Source of the DNA: Candidatus Altimarinota bacterium
GTDB taxonomy: Bacteria; Patescibacteriota; Gracilibacteria; CAIRYL01; GCA-016699755
Assembly: GCA_963664295.1 (NCBI GenBank)
Contig: OY760935.1
Span: 973,604 to 1,037,603 of the forward strand
DNA length: 64,000 nt
Direction: 5' to 3'
Shown: in pieces, positions 1 to 9,627 of the stretch
How the letters are laid out: each line of letters opens with the position of its first letter
How positions within the stretch are numbered: position 1 is the stretch's first letter
The notes under the pieces: generated by a model
The model's input: only the letters and a program-made list of their open reading frames with translations
The model's database searches: none
Told to the model about the DNA's origin: nothing
Translations under genes and position numbers: made by a program

Positions 1-466
1 AGCTTTTTTCGCACAAAACAACACCTTTTCCTTGTGAGCCAATGGTTGTTTTCATAATCAAAGGAAAGCTGAATTCTTTTTTAATAAAACTGATATCTAA
101 AGGCAATTTGGCAAACATTGTTTTAGGAATTGGGATATTGTTTGTAGCTAAAATTTGAATTGTTTTTAGCTTATCTTTTGATTCATCTATACTTTTTGCT
201 GAGTTCACAACATAAACCCCCATATTTTCCAAATATCTAATAACAGCATAATAAAAATAATTTGTTTTCCCTCTGGCAATAACGCAATCGGGTGCTTTTA
301 TGTATTTATTGTTATATAAAACCGTTTTATTTTCTGGTCTTGGCTCAATTAATTCAAATTTTTTTGGATTAACCACTCTAAATTGAATTCCTTGTTTTTT
401 AGCCTCTTCTTTAAGCCTGTTTACAGCATATGTTTTTGCTTGTTCTGTTAATACCCAAACTCTCAT
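1..466 (-). CDS. ATP-grasp ligase, RimK-like (N-terminal part, runs off the window start)
   Basis: Hand translation of the minus strand from ATG (complement of 464-466): MRVWVLTEQAKTYAVNRLKEEAKKQGIQFRVVNPKKFELIEP...NNIPIPKTMFAKL...FPLIMKTTIGSQGKGVVLCE. The layout resembles RimK/glutamate-ligase pre-ATP-grasp plus ATP-grasp start. It is absent from the ORF track because it is open at the window edge. Confidence 0.6.
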   Translation of the reverse strand, partial: MRVWVLTEQAKTYAVNRLKEEAKKQGIQFRVVNPKKFELIEPRPENKTVLYNNKYIKAPDCVIARGKTNYFYYAVIRYLENMGVYVVNSAKSIDESKDKLKTIQILATNNIPIPKTMFAKLPLDISFIKKEFSFPLIMKTTIGSQGKGVVLCEKS

Positions 467-586
467 TATTTTAATAAAAAGCCGATTATTTATAATACCG
501 AATTTAAAATTCTCAAAGAAAAAATTAGGGACAAAATTTTACATTTATTTTAAAAATATTATAATTAAATCCCTTTTTGAGAAAAA

Positions 587-1282
587 ATGAACGAAAAAAT
601 AATTACCAGCACACAAACATCTGCAATACAGGACTTTTTAAATAAAACTTACGGCTGGATGGCAACTGCCTTGGCACTTACAGGCCTTACTGCTTATTAT
701 GTCGCTAATTATCAAATTTCATTAGTGCTTTCTTTGGCACAAGGTGGCTTAATGTGGCTACTTTTGTTTGCGCAAATTGGTTTAGTTATTTATCTCTCTG
801 CTCGTATTCAAAAAATGTCCTTGCAAACAGCCATAGTTTTATTTTATGTTTATGCAATTACTGTTGGTATTACATTTTCTACGCTTTTCTTGGCTTATAC
901 TGCGTCATCTTTAGCTAGCACTTTTTTTATCACTGCTGGCACTTTTGGCGCCATGAGTGTTTATGGATATTTCACAAAAACCGACCTAAGCTCAATTGGA
1001 AATATTTTGCTAATGCTTCTGGTGGGATTAATTTTAACTAGTATTGTTAATATTTTTCTCAATAGCCCAGCTATTTATTGGGTGACAACTTTTGTGGGTA
1101 TTTTTATTTTTGTTGCACTTACTGCTTATGACACACAAAGACTGAAACATGTTGCCACCACACTACAAGACAGCACAAGCGAAGGTGCGCAAAAAATAGC
1201 AATTATACTTGCTTTGTCTTTATATCTTGATTTTATTAACCTTTTCTTATATTTACTTAGGCTTTTTGGTAGTAGAGATTAG
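587..1282 (+). CDS. BAX inhibitor-1/YccA (UPF0005) family inner-membrane protein
   Basis: 231 aa with about 7 hydrophobic helices. N-terminal FLNKTYGWMATALALTGLTAYYV and a C-terminal charged tail are typical of the YbhL/YccA family. Confidence 0.75.
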   Translation: MNEKIITSTQTSAIQDFLNKTYGWMATALALTGLTAYYVANYQISLVLSLAQGGLMWLLLFAQIGLVIYLSARIQKMSLQTAIVLFYVYAITVGITFSTLFLAYTASSLASTFFITAGTFGAMSVYGYFTKTDLSSIGNILLMLLVGLILTSIVNIFLNSPAIYWVTTFVGIFIFVALTAYDTQRLKHVATTLQDSTSEGAQKIAIILALSLYLDFINLFLYLLRLFGSRD

Positions 1283-1284
1283 CC

Positions 1285-2466
1285 CTACCATGTCCACCTC
1301 CTGCTTCCGTTCATAAGCGAATCTCTATTGCCTGAGTTTAATACTAATTTTACTGCTTTTTTCTGTTGTTTTTCATCTTCTCCTAGTTCGCGCATTACTA
1401 TCATAGTAATGTCGTCTTCTTGCACATAATCACTGCCAACAAAGTCGCTAAATTCATCTGAAATTTTGTCAAAAATACTTTCTAAGGATTTTTTGTAAGC
1501 ATTTTCTTGCAATGTCACCTTAAGCCTTTCTAGTCCAAACATTTCGCCTTTTTGATTGCGCGCTTCGGTTATGCCGTCTGTGTAAAGCAAAACCACGTCG
1601 TCAGGATCAATATCAAGTTCTTTTTCTTCAATAATTGCACCTATGTTTGGTGTCATGCGTAAAGCAATTCCTCCTGACTTTATGGTCTCAACTTGTTGAG
1701 TTTTTGCTCTGTAAATTAAAATATGCTCATGACCTGCGCCTGTGTAATACATTTTTCTTCTTAGGGCGTCCCAGCGAAGCATGACCAAGGTCATAAATCT
1801 TTGAGAAGAAATTCTATCGCATAAAACATCATTAACCATAGTTAAAATTTCCGCTGGCATTTTGTCATTAGCCGCATAAGCGTGTATTAAGGTGTTTACC
1901 ATCATCATAACCAAGCCAGCTGGAATGCCGTGCCCTGTCACATCACCAATATAAACAAGTGTATTTTGATCTCTTTGTATAAAATCAAAGGAGTCTCCTC
2001 CCATTTCTGCGGCCGCTTTTGTTTTTGCCATTATTTCAAGACCCTCAATATCTTGGGTACTTTTTGGTAAAACATCCTGCTGAATACTACGAGCAACATC
2101 CACTTCTGAAAATAATCTTCTTTGCTCAACTAAATCACTAGAAATTTTTTCTAAATTTCTAGTCACTTCATTAAAAAAATGTGTCACAACACCAATTTCA
2201 TCAGGACTAAGTGGTTTTAATCTTTTGTATTTTTTACCTGTTAGTAGCGCCTTTGCTTGCGGTGCAACTCTTTTTAGGGGTCGCGAAACAAGAAATATAA
2301 AACCAAAAACAATGATTATTAAAAAAACAACAGAAACACTGAAAAATATTAATTTTTCACTTTTACCAAGGCTATTTAAGGCAAAAATCAACACAAACGC
2401 TGGTGATATGGTCACCAACAAAAATAAAATATATTTTAGCGTTAAATTTGCTCTTAAAAATCGCAT
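1285..2466 (-). CDS. Membrane-anchored PP2C (SpoIIE/RsbU-type) serine phosphatase with HAMP-like linker
   Basis: Two N-terminal TM helices followed by a linker. The PP2C motifs GGDSFDF, GDVTGHGIPAGLVMMMV and LLYTDGITEA are present. The start overlaps the stop of the upstream gene by 1 nt (TAATG). Confidence 0.85.
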   Translation of the reverse strand: MRFLRANLTLKYILFLLVTISPAFVLIFALNSLGKSEKLIFFSVSVVFLIIIVFGFIFLVSRPLKRVAPQAKALLTGKKYKRLKPLSPDEIGVVTHFFNEVTRNLEKISSDLVEQRRLFSEVDVARSIQQDVLPKSTQDIEGLEIMAKTKAAAEMGGDSFDFIQRDQNTLVYIGDVTGHGIPAGLVMMMVNTLIHAYAANDKMPAEILTMVNDVLCDRISSQRFMTLVMLRWDALRRKMYYTGAGHEHILIYRAKTQQVETIKSGGIALRMTPNIGAIIEEKELDIDPDDVVLLYTDGITEARNQKGEMFGLERLKVTLQENAYKKSLESIFDKISDEFSDFVGSDYVQEDDITMIVMRELGEDEKQQKKAVKLVLNSGNRDSLMNGSRRWTW

Positions 2467-3287
2467 TATTTCTTAGCTGTTAAATTAATAAGATGGTTTA
2501 TTCCTGTAAGCTCTAATATTTCGTACAAATCCGCAGGAATATTGATAATTTTTAAGTCTCCTCCTTTTTCTTTGGCTTCTTTTTTCCATTCAACCAGCCT
2601 ACCAATAAAGGTGGACATGAAAAACTCAACTTGATCAAAATCAAAAACAATTAAGTTGCCAACTTTTTCATTTTTCTTGAAAAACTCATCAACTTCTTTG
2701 GTTTTTTGCAATATTGTTGTTTCGTCGATAATGCCTGAAAAGGTAAATATTTTTTCGCCAAGACCTACCTCTGCTGTTGGCATATCCATAGTTGGAATTA
2801 TTTCATAGCTTGATGCTTTATTTCTTATTATTGTTGGCACCTCTTCTTCCTCGCCTGCTTTAAAGTTTTTACCAAAAACAACACAAATTCCCCCTAATTC
2901 ACTGTCTTTGATGTCAAATTCATCTGTCCATTTTTTTGCTATTTGAGCCAAACCCCTACCAGATGTTTTTGTGAGCACATTATGCTCTTCTTCATTAATA
3001 ACTATTTTTTTTAAATCCTCTGCTTTAAGGTTTTTTTTGCCACTACCGTGGTCTTCTATTTTTATGGTTATTTTGTCTTCTTGAAGTAAAAAATGAATAT
3101 TAACTGGTGAAAATTGAGCTGATCCATGCTTTACGGCGTTCATAAAAACCTCAGAAAAAACCAGCTTTAAACGACTTTGGTCTCTTTTAGATAAACTTGT
3201 GTTTTTAAAAATAGATTCTGCAATAGATCGCACAGAAGGTGAAACCTCTTCTAATGCCGGCACAGAAAACATGAATTCTTGGTTCAT
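2466..3287 (-). CDS. Fusion protein: RsbW/SpoIIAB-like HATPase (anti-sigma kinase) N-terminal domain plus STAS (anti-anti-sigma) C-terminal domain
   Basis: N-terminus has N-box EVFMNAVKHG, G1 IEDHGSG and G2 SGRGLAQI. C-terminus has a STAS pattern (FTFSGIIDE...LIVFDFDQVEFFMSTFIGRL...GGDLKIINIPADLYEILELTG). Confidence 0.7.
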   Translation of the reverse strand: MNQEFMFSVPALEEVSPSVRSIAESIFKNTSLSKRDQSRLKLVFSEVFMNAVKHGSAQFSPVNIHFLLQEDKITIKIEDHGSGKKNLKAEDLKKIVINEEEHNVLTKTSGRGLAQIAKKWTDEFDIKDSELGGICVVFGKNFKAGEEEEVPTIIRNKASSYEIIPTMDMPTAEVGLGEKIFTFSGIIDETTILQKTKEVDEFFKKNEKVGNLIVFDFDQVEFFMSTFIGRLVEWKKEAKEKGGDLKIINIPADLYEILELTGINHLINLTAKK

Positions 3288-3357
3288 TTTTATTTTTGTT
3301 TACTTAATAAATTATCTCATATTTTTGCCTTAAAATCAATATTTAAACTGTGTTTTT

Positions 3358-4752
3358 TTATAAACTTGGCAAGCCTGAGATTTCTGGATACTGTTTTAGG
3401 TGCTCATAAAATTCATTTTGAATTTCCATCAATTTTTCATTACTTCTGGCCTCAAACCTTAGGGTTAAATAAGGGGAGGTATTAGATGCGCGCACAATTC
3501 CCCATGCGCCATCTTCAAAATCAACTTTTACTCCATCAATGGTTAATGCTTTATCCCTGTATTTTTGAGCAAAAAAATCAACTATTTTCTGCATAATTTC
3601 AAACTTGTGCTCTTCTGCAATTTTTACCTTTATTTCTGGAGTAACAAATGTTTTTGGCAGGTCTTCAAAGTGCTGTTTTAAGGGTGTTTTTTTATTAGCT
3701 ACAATTTCTAATAACTTTGCTCCTGCTAAAAAAGCATCATCAAAGCCATAATAGTCATCTGCAAAAAACATATGCCCAGAAACTTCTCCTCCCAACAAAG
3801 CACCTGTTTCTAGCATTTTATTTTCAATATAACTATGACCTGTTTTGCAGGGAATTGCTTTCCCTCCTAATTTTTCTATTTCATCTGCCAAAACCTGTGT
3901 GGCTTTTAAATCATAAACCACTGTTGCTCCATGTTTTTTTCTTAAAAGCTCTCTAGCAAGTAGCAATAAAAGCAAATCAGCTGCATAATATTCACCATTT
4001 TCGTCAATAATACCAACCCTGTCTCCGTCTCCATCAAAAGCAATTCCCATTATTGCATTTTCTTTTTTTACGGCTTTTTTTAAGTCTTGCAAGTTTTTTT
4101 CTTCTTCTGGATTTGCTTCATGGTTTGGAAAATCACCATCAACATTACAATAAAGAGGCACTATTTCTACTCCAATTTCTTGAAAAAAGCTTCCCGCGAA
4201 AGCACCTGCCACGCCATTTCCACAATCCACAACTACTTTTGGCTGACCCTCAATTTTTACTAATGAGGCAATTTTTTTTATCCAATCTTGAGCAAAGCTT
4301 TTTTCTTCCATTTCACCCTGTCTTTCTGACAGGTAATAATCGCCGTTTTTAACTATTTCTTTGATTTCTTGAATTTGATCACCAAAAATAGCATGTGCGC
4401 CTTTTGACTGTAGCTTAAAGCCATTAAATTCTTTTGGATTATGACTAGCGGTAATATTTACACCGCCATCAAATTCTCCAAAACAAACTGAAAAATTAAG
4501 CAAAGGCGATGTGGCTAGTCCAATATCAACAACATTAATTCCACAATCACGCACTCCTTCAATAAAAGCTTTTTGCAAAACAGGCGAATGTGTTCTGCCA
4601 TCACGCCCCACTACAATGGTTAAAGGTAGGTTATTATTGCGCAATAAATAGCTTGCATAAGCTTTTCCAATTAAATTAGCCCCTTCTTCGTCAAAATCTT
4701 CTCCCACAACACCCCTAATGTCATAGGCACGAAAAATATGATCTTTTATCAT
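3358..4752 (-). CDS. Phosphomannomutase/phosphoglucomutase (alpha-D-phosphohexomutase family)
   Basis: Active-site loop TASHNPKEFNGFK and metal loop FDGDGDRVG. Start set at the internal ATG (MIKDHIFRAYDIRG) rather than the ORF-track maximum at 4806. Confidence 0.9.
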   Translation of the reverse strand: MIKDHIFRAYDIRGVVGEDFDEEGANLIGKAYASYLLRNNNLPLTIVVGRDGRTHSPVLQKAFIEGVRDCGINVVDIGLATSPLLNFSVCFGEFDGGVNITASHNPKEFNGFKLQSKGAHAIFGDQIQEIKEIVKNGDYYLSERQGEMEEKSFAQDWIKKIASLVKIEGQPKVVVDCGNGVAGAFAGSFFQEIGVEIVPLYCNVDGDFPNHEANPEEEKNLQDLKKAVKKENAIMGIAFDGDGDRVGIIDENGEYYAADLLLLLLARELLRKKHGATVVYDLKATQVLADEIEKLGGKAIPCKTGHSYIENKMLETGALLGGEVSGHMFFADDYYGFDDAFLAGAKLLEIVANKKTPLKQHFEDLPKTFVTPEIKVKIAEEHKFEIMQKIVDFFAQKYRDKALTIDGVKVDFEDGAWGIVRASNTSPYLTLRFEARSNEKLMEIQNEFYEHLKQYPEISGLPSL

Positions 4753-4828
4753 AAGCCAGTTAATAAACTTATATAAAATATAGCATAAGTTAAAAAAAAT
4801 ACCCACAACGGGGTATTTTAATTAAATC

Positions 4829-5932
4829 TTATTGAGCAACTTTTTTGCGACCTCTACCAGTTGGCTCTGGTTTCCATTTTTTTTCATCAAAACTATAAAC
4901 CGCACGACCAACCCTGACAAAAGCTGGACTTTTTTGAAGATTAAGCGATATTGTGCCAACTTTTACATCTCTTTGTGCTAAAACTTTTTTAACAATGTCT
5001 TTTTTTGAAAGAGGACCGTCGTCTTGTAGTATTTTTGCAATTACATCAGCCACTGTGCCAGCTTCAAAACCCCATTCTTTAAGGGCATAAAGACCTCTGC
5101 CAACCAAAATGAATTCATCATAACGAATTAGGTCATTATGAACTGCTTGCACTGTGATTGTTTTTTTATCAAAACCAGCATTAACAATACGATTCGCAAT
5201 CTCAACAAAATGAAGTGGTTTTTTGGTTTTTTTCAAAATGATATTAATTTTATCGCGAATGCTTTTTGGATTAACATGTCTCCACTCCATTAAGCCCCAT
5301 TTATCGTCTATTCTTTTAAGTCTTAAATCAACCTCCATAGCAGAAACAATTCTAACTGGTGGAATTTCTTTTGTTCTAAATGATCCTGCTACTTTTTCAA
5401 TAAGTGACTTTTCAGCAAGTGTGTCACTTGATTTTTTAAGTGTTTTATAAGCTGTATCTGCAATAGCTTTAATTTCTTCTTTACTTAAAGACTTTTTGTG
5501 CCAAAAGGGATAAAAAGTCTTTGGAGGATCAATTTTATTTATTTTGTCATCAATTGTGAGCGCTAATTTAATAATTGATCCATCAACAGGAGATGTATGA
5601 AATATTTTAGTTAAAATTTTACTAATCAATGATTTTTCCAATAATAAACCACCATGCTCGTCTAAAATTTCATGTGCTACAGAATTAATTAAGTTTAATT
5701 TTGTATTAGAAATATTTCTTTTTAGTTTTTTCAAAGCTGATGATTCTATTTGACGAACCCTTTCTCTGGTCACTAAAAAGCTCTTACCAATTCTTTCAAG
5801 CGTTTGCCTTGGTTTATTGTCTAGGGCAAACCTTTTTGTGATTACTACTTTTTCTTTATCAGAAAGTACTATAAAAAGATCATTGATAATCTTTTGTAGG
5901 TTTAGTTCCGATAGAGCTTGTGAATTAGTCAT
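4829..5932 (-). CDS. Sigma-70 region-4 HTH protein with two C-terminal HARE-HTH-like domains
   Basis: LERIGKSFLVTRERVRQIESSALKKLK matches the sigma region 4.2 HTH. LHFVEIANRI...LVGRGLYALKEWG and TVADVIAKIL...FVRVGRAVYSF resemble the HARE-HTH (RpoE-delta N-terminal) fold. No sigma region 2 was seen. Confidence 0.6.
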   Translation of the reverse strand: MTNSQALSELNLQKIINDLFIVLSDKEKVVITKRFALDNKPRQTLERIGKSFLVTRERVRQIESSALKKLKRNISNTKLNLINSVAHEILDEHGGLLLEKSLISKILTKIFHTSPVDGSIIKLALTIDDKINKIDPPKTFYPFWHKKSLSKEEIKAIADTAYKTLKKSSDTLAEKSLIEKVAGSFRTKEIPPVRIVSAMEVDLRLKRIDDKWGLMEWRHVNPKSIRDKINIILKKTKKPLHFVEIANRIVNAGFDKKTITVQAVHNDLIRYDEFILVGRGLYALKEWGFEAGTVADVIAKILQDDGPLSKKDIVKKVLAQRDVKVGTISLNLQKSPAFVRVGRAVYSFDEKKWKPEPTGRGRKKVAQ

Positions 5933-6142
5933 ATGGTTATATTAAAACAATTTTCTAAATAAAGGTTGTAATTTTTACAGAAATTTCTATTTTTGTCAAG
6001 AAGATTATTAACTTGTTCTAACCTTGCTATTTTAAATTAGGCAAAAATATTTCTGTGTTCAATTATGTGTTTATATAACAATTTTGTAAAGAGTAAATTT
6101 TACAAACTACAAAATAGTTATAAAAACAATTATTTTATAGCT

Positions 6143-7267
6143 TTACTCTTCAGTTTTTTCTTCTTTTTTGGCTTCTGCCTTAGTTTTTAATGACAGCCTT
6201 AAGCTGTGATCACCTTCGTTGATTTCAAGAATTTTTACCTCAACTTCATCGCCAACTTTAAACATTTCTTCTGGTGATTGGTTTTCGTCAGTGAACTCAG
6301 AAACATGAACAAGTCCTGTAATATCCTCTGCCAAAGTCACAAAAATACCAAAATTAGTCACTTTATTAACAGTACCTTTTTTCATTGAACCAAGGTCAAA
6401 CTCCTTTACTTTGTCCATCCAAGGATCTTTTTCTAATCTTTTTACTGAAAGTGAAATCTTTTCATTTTCAAAACCAATTACTTTTGCTTTGATTTTTTGA
6501 CCCATTTTATAGTTTTTTTGTGGGTTTTTCGCTTCATCATCCCAGGTTATCTCAGAAACATGAACAAGTCCTTCAAGGTTGCCGAAGGTAATAAAAATAC
6601 CAAACTTAACAATACCATTAACTTCTCCTTCAATAATGTCGCCTGCTTTGATTTTTGTCATTTCTTTGGCACGAATGTCTGCATAAGCAGCACGCTCTGA
6701 AACAACAACTTTTGGAATAGATTCATCCATCATAATAATTTTGCAGGTAAACTTCTTGCTAACTAATTTTTGTAATTTTTCTAAAATCATTTCTGCATTA
6801 GCCCCGTCAACACGAGGAAAATTAGTAGGTGCAAGTTGAGAAACAGGCAAAAACACGCGCATGCCATCAATTTCTGACATCAAGCCTCCCTTGTTGGCTT
6901 CTTTTGCCACAACATCAATAGGCTCGTTGTTTTTATGAGCTTTTTCTAGTTTATCCCAAACTTTTAGGTGGGACGCCTTTCTGAGCGATAAAACCACCAT
7001 TCCATCTTCGCTTTCATTATCAAGAACAAAAGCTGAAACAAGGTCGCCAATTTGAACATTTTTTGCAGTTTCAAAAGAATCTGTCATTTCGCGACCAGAA
7101 ATAATACCAGTTGAAACACCTTCAATATCAACAATAATATAATTCTTTCCTCTATCAATAACTCTTCCTTCAATCATTTCTCCAGGATTAGGGATTGTGA
7201 ACTCAGCAGAATCTTTGATCAACTCTTCCATGGACAAATCCGCATCTTTAATTGCAATTTCAGACAT
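6143..7267 (-). CDS. rpsA: 30S ribosomal protein S1 (four S1 domains)
   Basis: Repeated S1 OB-fold motifs: G.V....+.G+FV.+..+.GL+HVSE, for example GIFVTLAEDITGLVHVSEF and GIFITFGNLEGLVHVSEI. Confidence 0.9.
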   Translation of the reverse strand: MSEIAIKDADLSMEELIKDSAEFTIPNPGEMIEGRVIDRGKNYIIVDIEGVSTGIISGREMTDSFETAKNVQIGDLVSAFVLDNESEDGMVVLSLRKASHLKVWDKLEKAHKNNEPIDVVAKEANKGGLMSEIDGMRVFLPVSQLAPTNFPRVDGANAEMILEKLQKLVSKKFTCKIIMMDESIPKVVVSERAAYADIRAKEMTKIKAGDIIEGEVNGIVKFGIFITFGNLEGLVHVSEITWDDEAKNPQKNYKMGQKIKAKVIGFENEKISLSVKRLEKDPWMDKVKEFDLGSMKKGTVNKVTNFGIFVTLAEDITGLVHVSEFTDENQSPEEMFKVGDEVEVKILEINEGDHSLRLSLKTKAEAKKEEKTEE

Positions 7268-7334
7268 AAAAAATAAAAATAAAAAAACAGCAACGGGGAT
7301 TTTCCCATAATTTGTTTATTAAAGCAAGTACTTT

Positions 7335-8696
7335 TTAAAAAATATTTTTAATTGCTTCAAGCACTGTGCGCACAGGTCTTATCTCTAGTTCTTTAATATT
7401 TTTATTAGTTTTTTTATTACTTGGTATAACAACCTCTGTGAGACCTAGTTTTTGACCTTCTTTTAGTCTTTTTTCTAAAAAAGAAATTGCTCTAACTTCG
7501 CCAGACAAACCAAGCTCTCCGCAGGCAAAAAGTTTGTTTTTTAAGGGCTGTTTTTTGTGTGCCGAAACCAAAGCAAGCGCAAGTGGTAAGTCCATAGCAG
7601 GCTCATTTACTTTAAAGCCACCAACCACGTTTACAAAAACATCTTTATTTTCAAAATTAATTCTCGCGTGATTTTGCAAAATAGCTAAAATAAGTGACAA
7701 GCGCGCAAGAGGAATACCACTCGCGGTTCTTTTTGGTAAACCAAAGCGAGTAGTTGATGTTAGGGCTTGAATTTCAACCAAAAAAGATCGTGATCCCTCA
7801 ATAACCGGAAAAATAACACTACCAATCGCATTTTCTAGCCTTCCGTCCAAAAATGCTTCACTAGGTTTTTTTAATTCTTGTAGTCCTTTTTCTGTCATTT
7901 CAAAAACACCAACTTCTTGTGCAGAGCCAAACCTATTTTTACTTGTCCGTAAAACACGAAAGTCATGCTTACTGTCTCCTTCTAAGATTAAAACTGTGTC
8001 AACAAGATGAGCTAAAACTTGTGGGCCAGCCATTTCACCTTCTTTGTTTACATGGCCTATTAAAATTGTTGGTATTTTGTTTTTTTTTGTAAATTGCATT
8101 ATTTTTTCTGTCACTGTTCTGATTTGTGACATACTTCCTGTCGCACTGCCAGAATTACCCGAGGCAATTGTTTGTACGCTATCAATAATTAAAAAATCTG
8201 GTCTTTCTTCTTGTGCTGTAGATAAAATATTTTCTATTAAAAACTCATTTAATATTTGCACTTCTGGATTTTTGTCTGACAGCCTATCTGCTCTTTCGGC
8301 AATTTGTGATACTGATTCTTCTCCAGAAACCATTAAAACTTTTTTGTTTTGATTAGCAACTTCTAATGCAACTTGTAAAGAAAGAGTAGACTTTCCTATG
8401 CCTGGACTACCAACCAACAATGAAAGTGAGTCAACCAAAAAGCCACCACCCAAAACCCTGTCTAATTCTGAAATCTTTGTTCCTATTCTCGCTTTTTTGC
8501 TTTCTTGTTTTAAGGCTTGATTTAAATATTCTGGAGTTTTAATAATGCCTCTTGTATTTTTTGTGCCAATGTCTAGCTCTTCTGTTTGTTCTTCAAAGGT
8601 GTTCCATTCTTCGCAAACACTACACTGTCCCACCCACTTAGGAGAAATGTTTCCACATTTTACACAAACCCAACTTATTTTTTGCTTTTTTTTCAT
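7335..8696 (-). CDS. radA: DNA repair protein RadA/Sms
   Basis: N-terminal zinc ribbon CVKCGN...CSVCEEW, Walker A GSPGIGKST, the KNRFG motif and a Lon-like C-terminal domain. Start set at MKKKQKISW (ATG complement 8694-8696). Confidence 0.93.
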   Translation of the reverse strand: MKKKQKISWVCVKCGNISPKWVGQCSVCEEWNTFEEQTEELDIGTKNTRGIIKTPEYLNQALKQESKKARIGTKISELDRVLGGGFLVDSLSLLVGSPGIGKSTLSLQVALEVANQNKKVLMVSGEESVSQIAERADRLSDKNPEVQILNEFLIENILSTAQEERPDFLIIDSVQTIASGNSGSATGSMSQIRTVTEKIMQFTKKNKIPTILIGHVNKEGEMAGPQVLAHLVDTVLILEGDSKHDFRVLRTSKNRFGSAQEVGVFEMTEKGLQELKKPSEAFLDGRLENAIGSVIFPVIEGSRSFLVEIQALTSTTRFGLPKRTASGIPLARLSLILAILQNHARINFENKDVFVNVVGGFKVNEPAMDLPLALALVSAHKKQPLKNKLFACGELGLSGEVRAISFLEKRLKEGQKLGLTEVVIPSNKKTNKNIKELEIRPVRTVLEAIKNIF

Positions 8697-8742
8697 ATAA
8701 TTATTTTGGCACAAAAGCTTTTTGTAGCACAATAAGAATAAT

Positions 8743-9627
8743 ATGAAGAAAAAATTTTTTCCAAAATTTAGTTATAGGTCCTGGTTTGTTGTTTTTTGTT
8801 TACAAATTATTTGTTTTTTAATGATTTTTTCTGAACATCAAAAAATTCCCAGTAAAAACTTTGAAATTAGTTTTTTTGATGTTCAACTTGGTGATGCAAT
8901 TTTTATAAAAAGCCCTAATGGCCACAATATAATAATCGACGGGGGCACGGATAGTGCGATTATTGAAAAAATAATGCGCAATAAAAGCTTTTTTGATCGC
9001 AAAATAGACGCAATTATTTTGACCCACCCGGACAGTGATCACTTGTTTGGTGCTTATTATGCCTTAGATAATTTTAAGGTGAATAAGGTTTTTATTACAG
9101 GCGTAAAAACGAATAATAAGATTTTTTATGATTTTTTAAAATTAGCAAAAAATAAAAACACTGAGCTTGTTTTTTTAGATGGATCCCAAGATTTTAAAAC
9201 TAAAAATATTTATTTTAATGTTCTGTTGCCAATAGAAAGTATTAAAAACAAAGAAATTAATAACACAAACAATACTTCGATTGTTTTAAGGGTTAATGTT
9301 TTTAATAAAAACATTTTATTAACTGGTGATATAGAAAAAAAGATAGAAAAATTATTAACCTTAAGTGATGAGAAATTAAAAAGCGATTTGTTAAAACTTT
9401 CTCATCATGGATCTTCTTCATCTAGTGATCCTGATTTTATTTCCACGGTTAATCCAAAGTTTGCTATAATAACTGCGTCGGAAGATAATCCTTATTACCA
9501 TCCACACAAAAAAACATTAAATACACTGAAAAATTTTGATGTCCAATTTTGGCAAACTGGTTTAAGTGGAGACATAAAGTATTCAATATCTCCTAATTCT
9601 TTTTATGAATTTAATTTTACAAAATGA
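8743..9627 (+). CDS. ComEC/Rec2-related metallo-beta-lactamase domain protein (stand-alone, one N-terminal TM)
   Basis: GDAIFIKSPNGHNIIIDGG, ILTHPDSDHLFG and LSHHGS match the C-terminal MBL domain of ComEC. No competence-channel domain is present. Confidence 0.75.
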   Translation: MKKKFFPKFSYRSWFVVFCLQIICFLMIFSEHQKIPSKNFEISFFDVQLGDAIFIKSPNGHNIIIDGGTDSAIIEKIMRNKSFFDRKIDAIILTHPDSDHLFGAYYALDNFKVNKVFITGVKTNNKIFYDFLKLAKNKNTELVFLDGSQDFKTKNIYFNVLLPIESIKNKEINNTNNTSIVLRVNVFNKNILLTGDIEKKIEKLLTLSDEKLKSDLLKLSHHGSSSSSDPDFISTVNPKFAIITASEDNPYYHPHKKTLNTLKNFDVQFWQTGLSGDIKYSISPNSFYEFNFTK

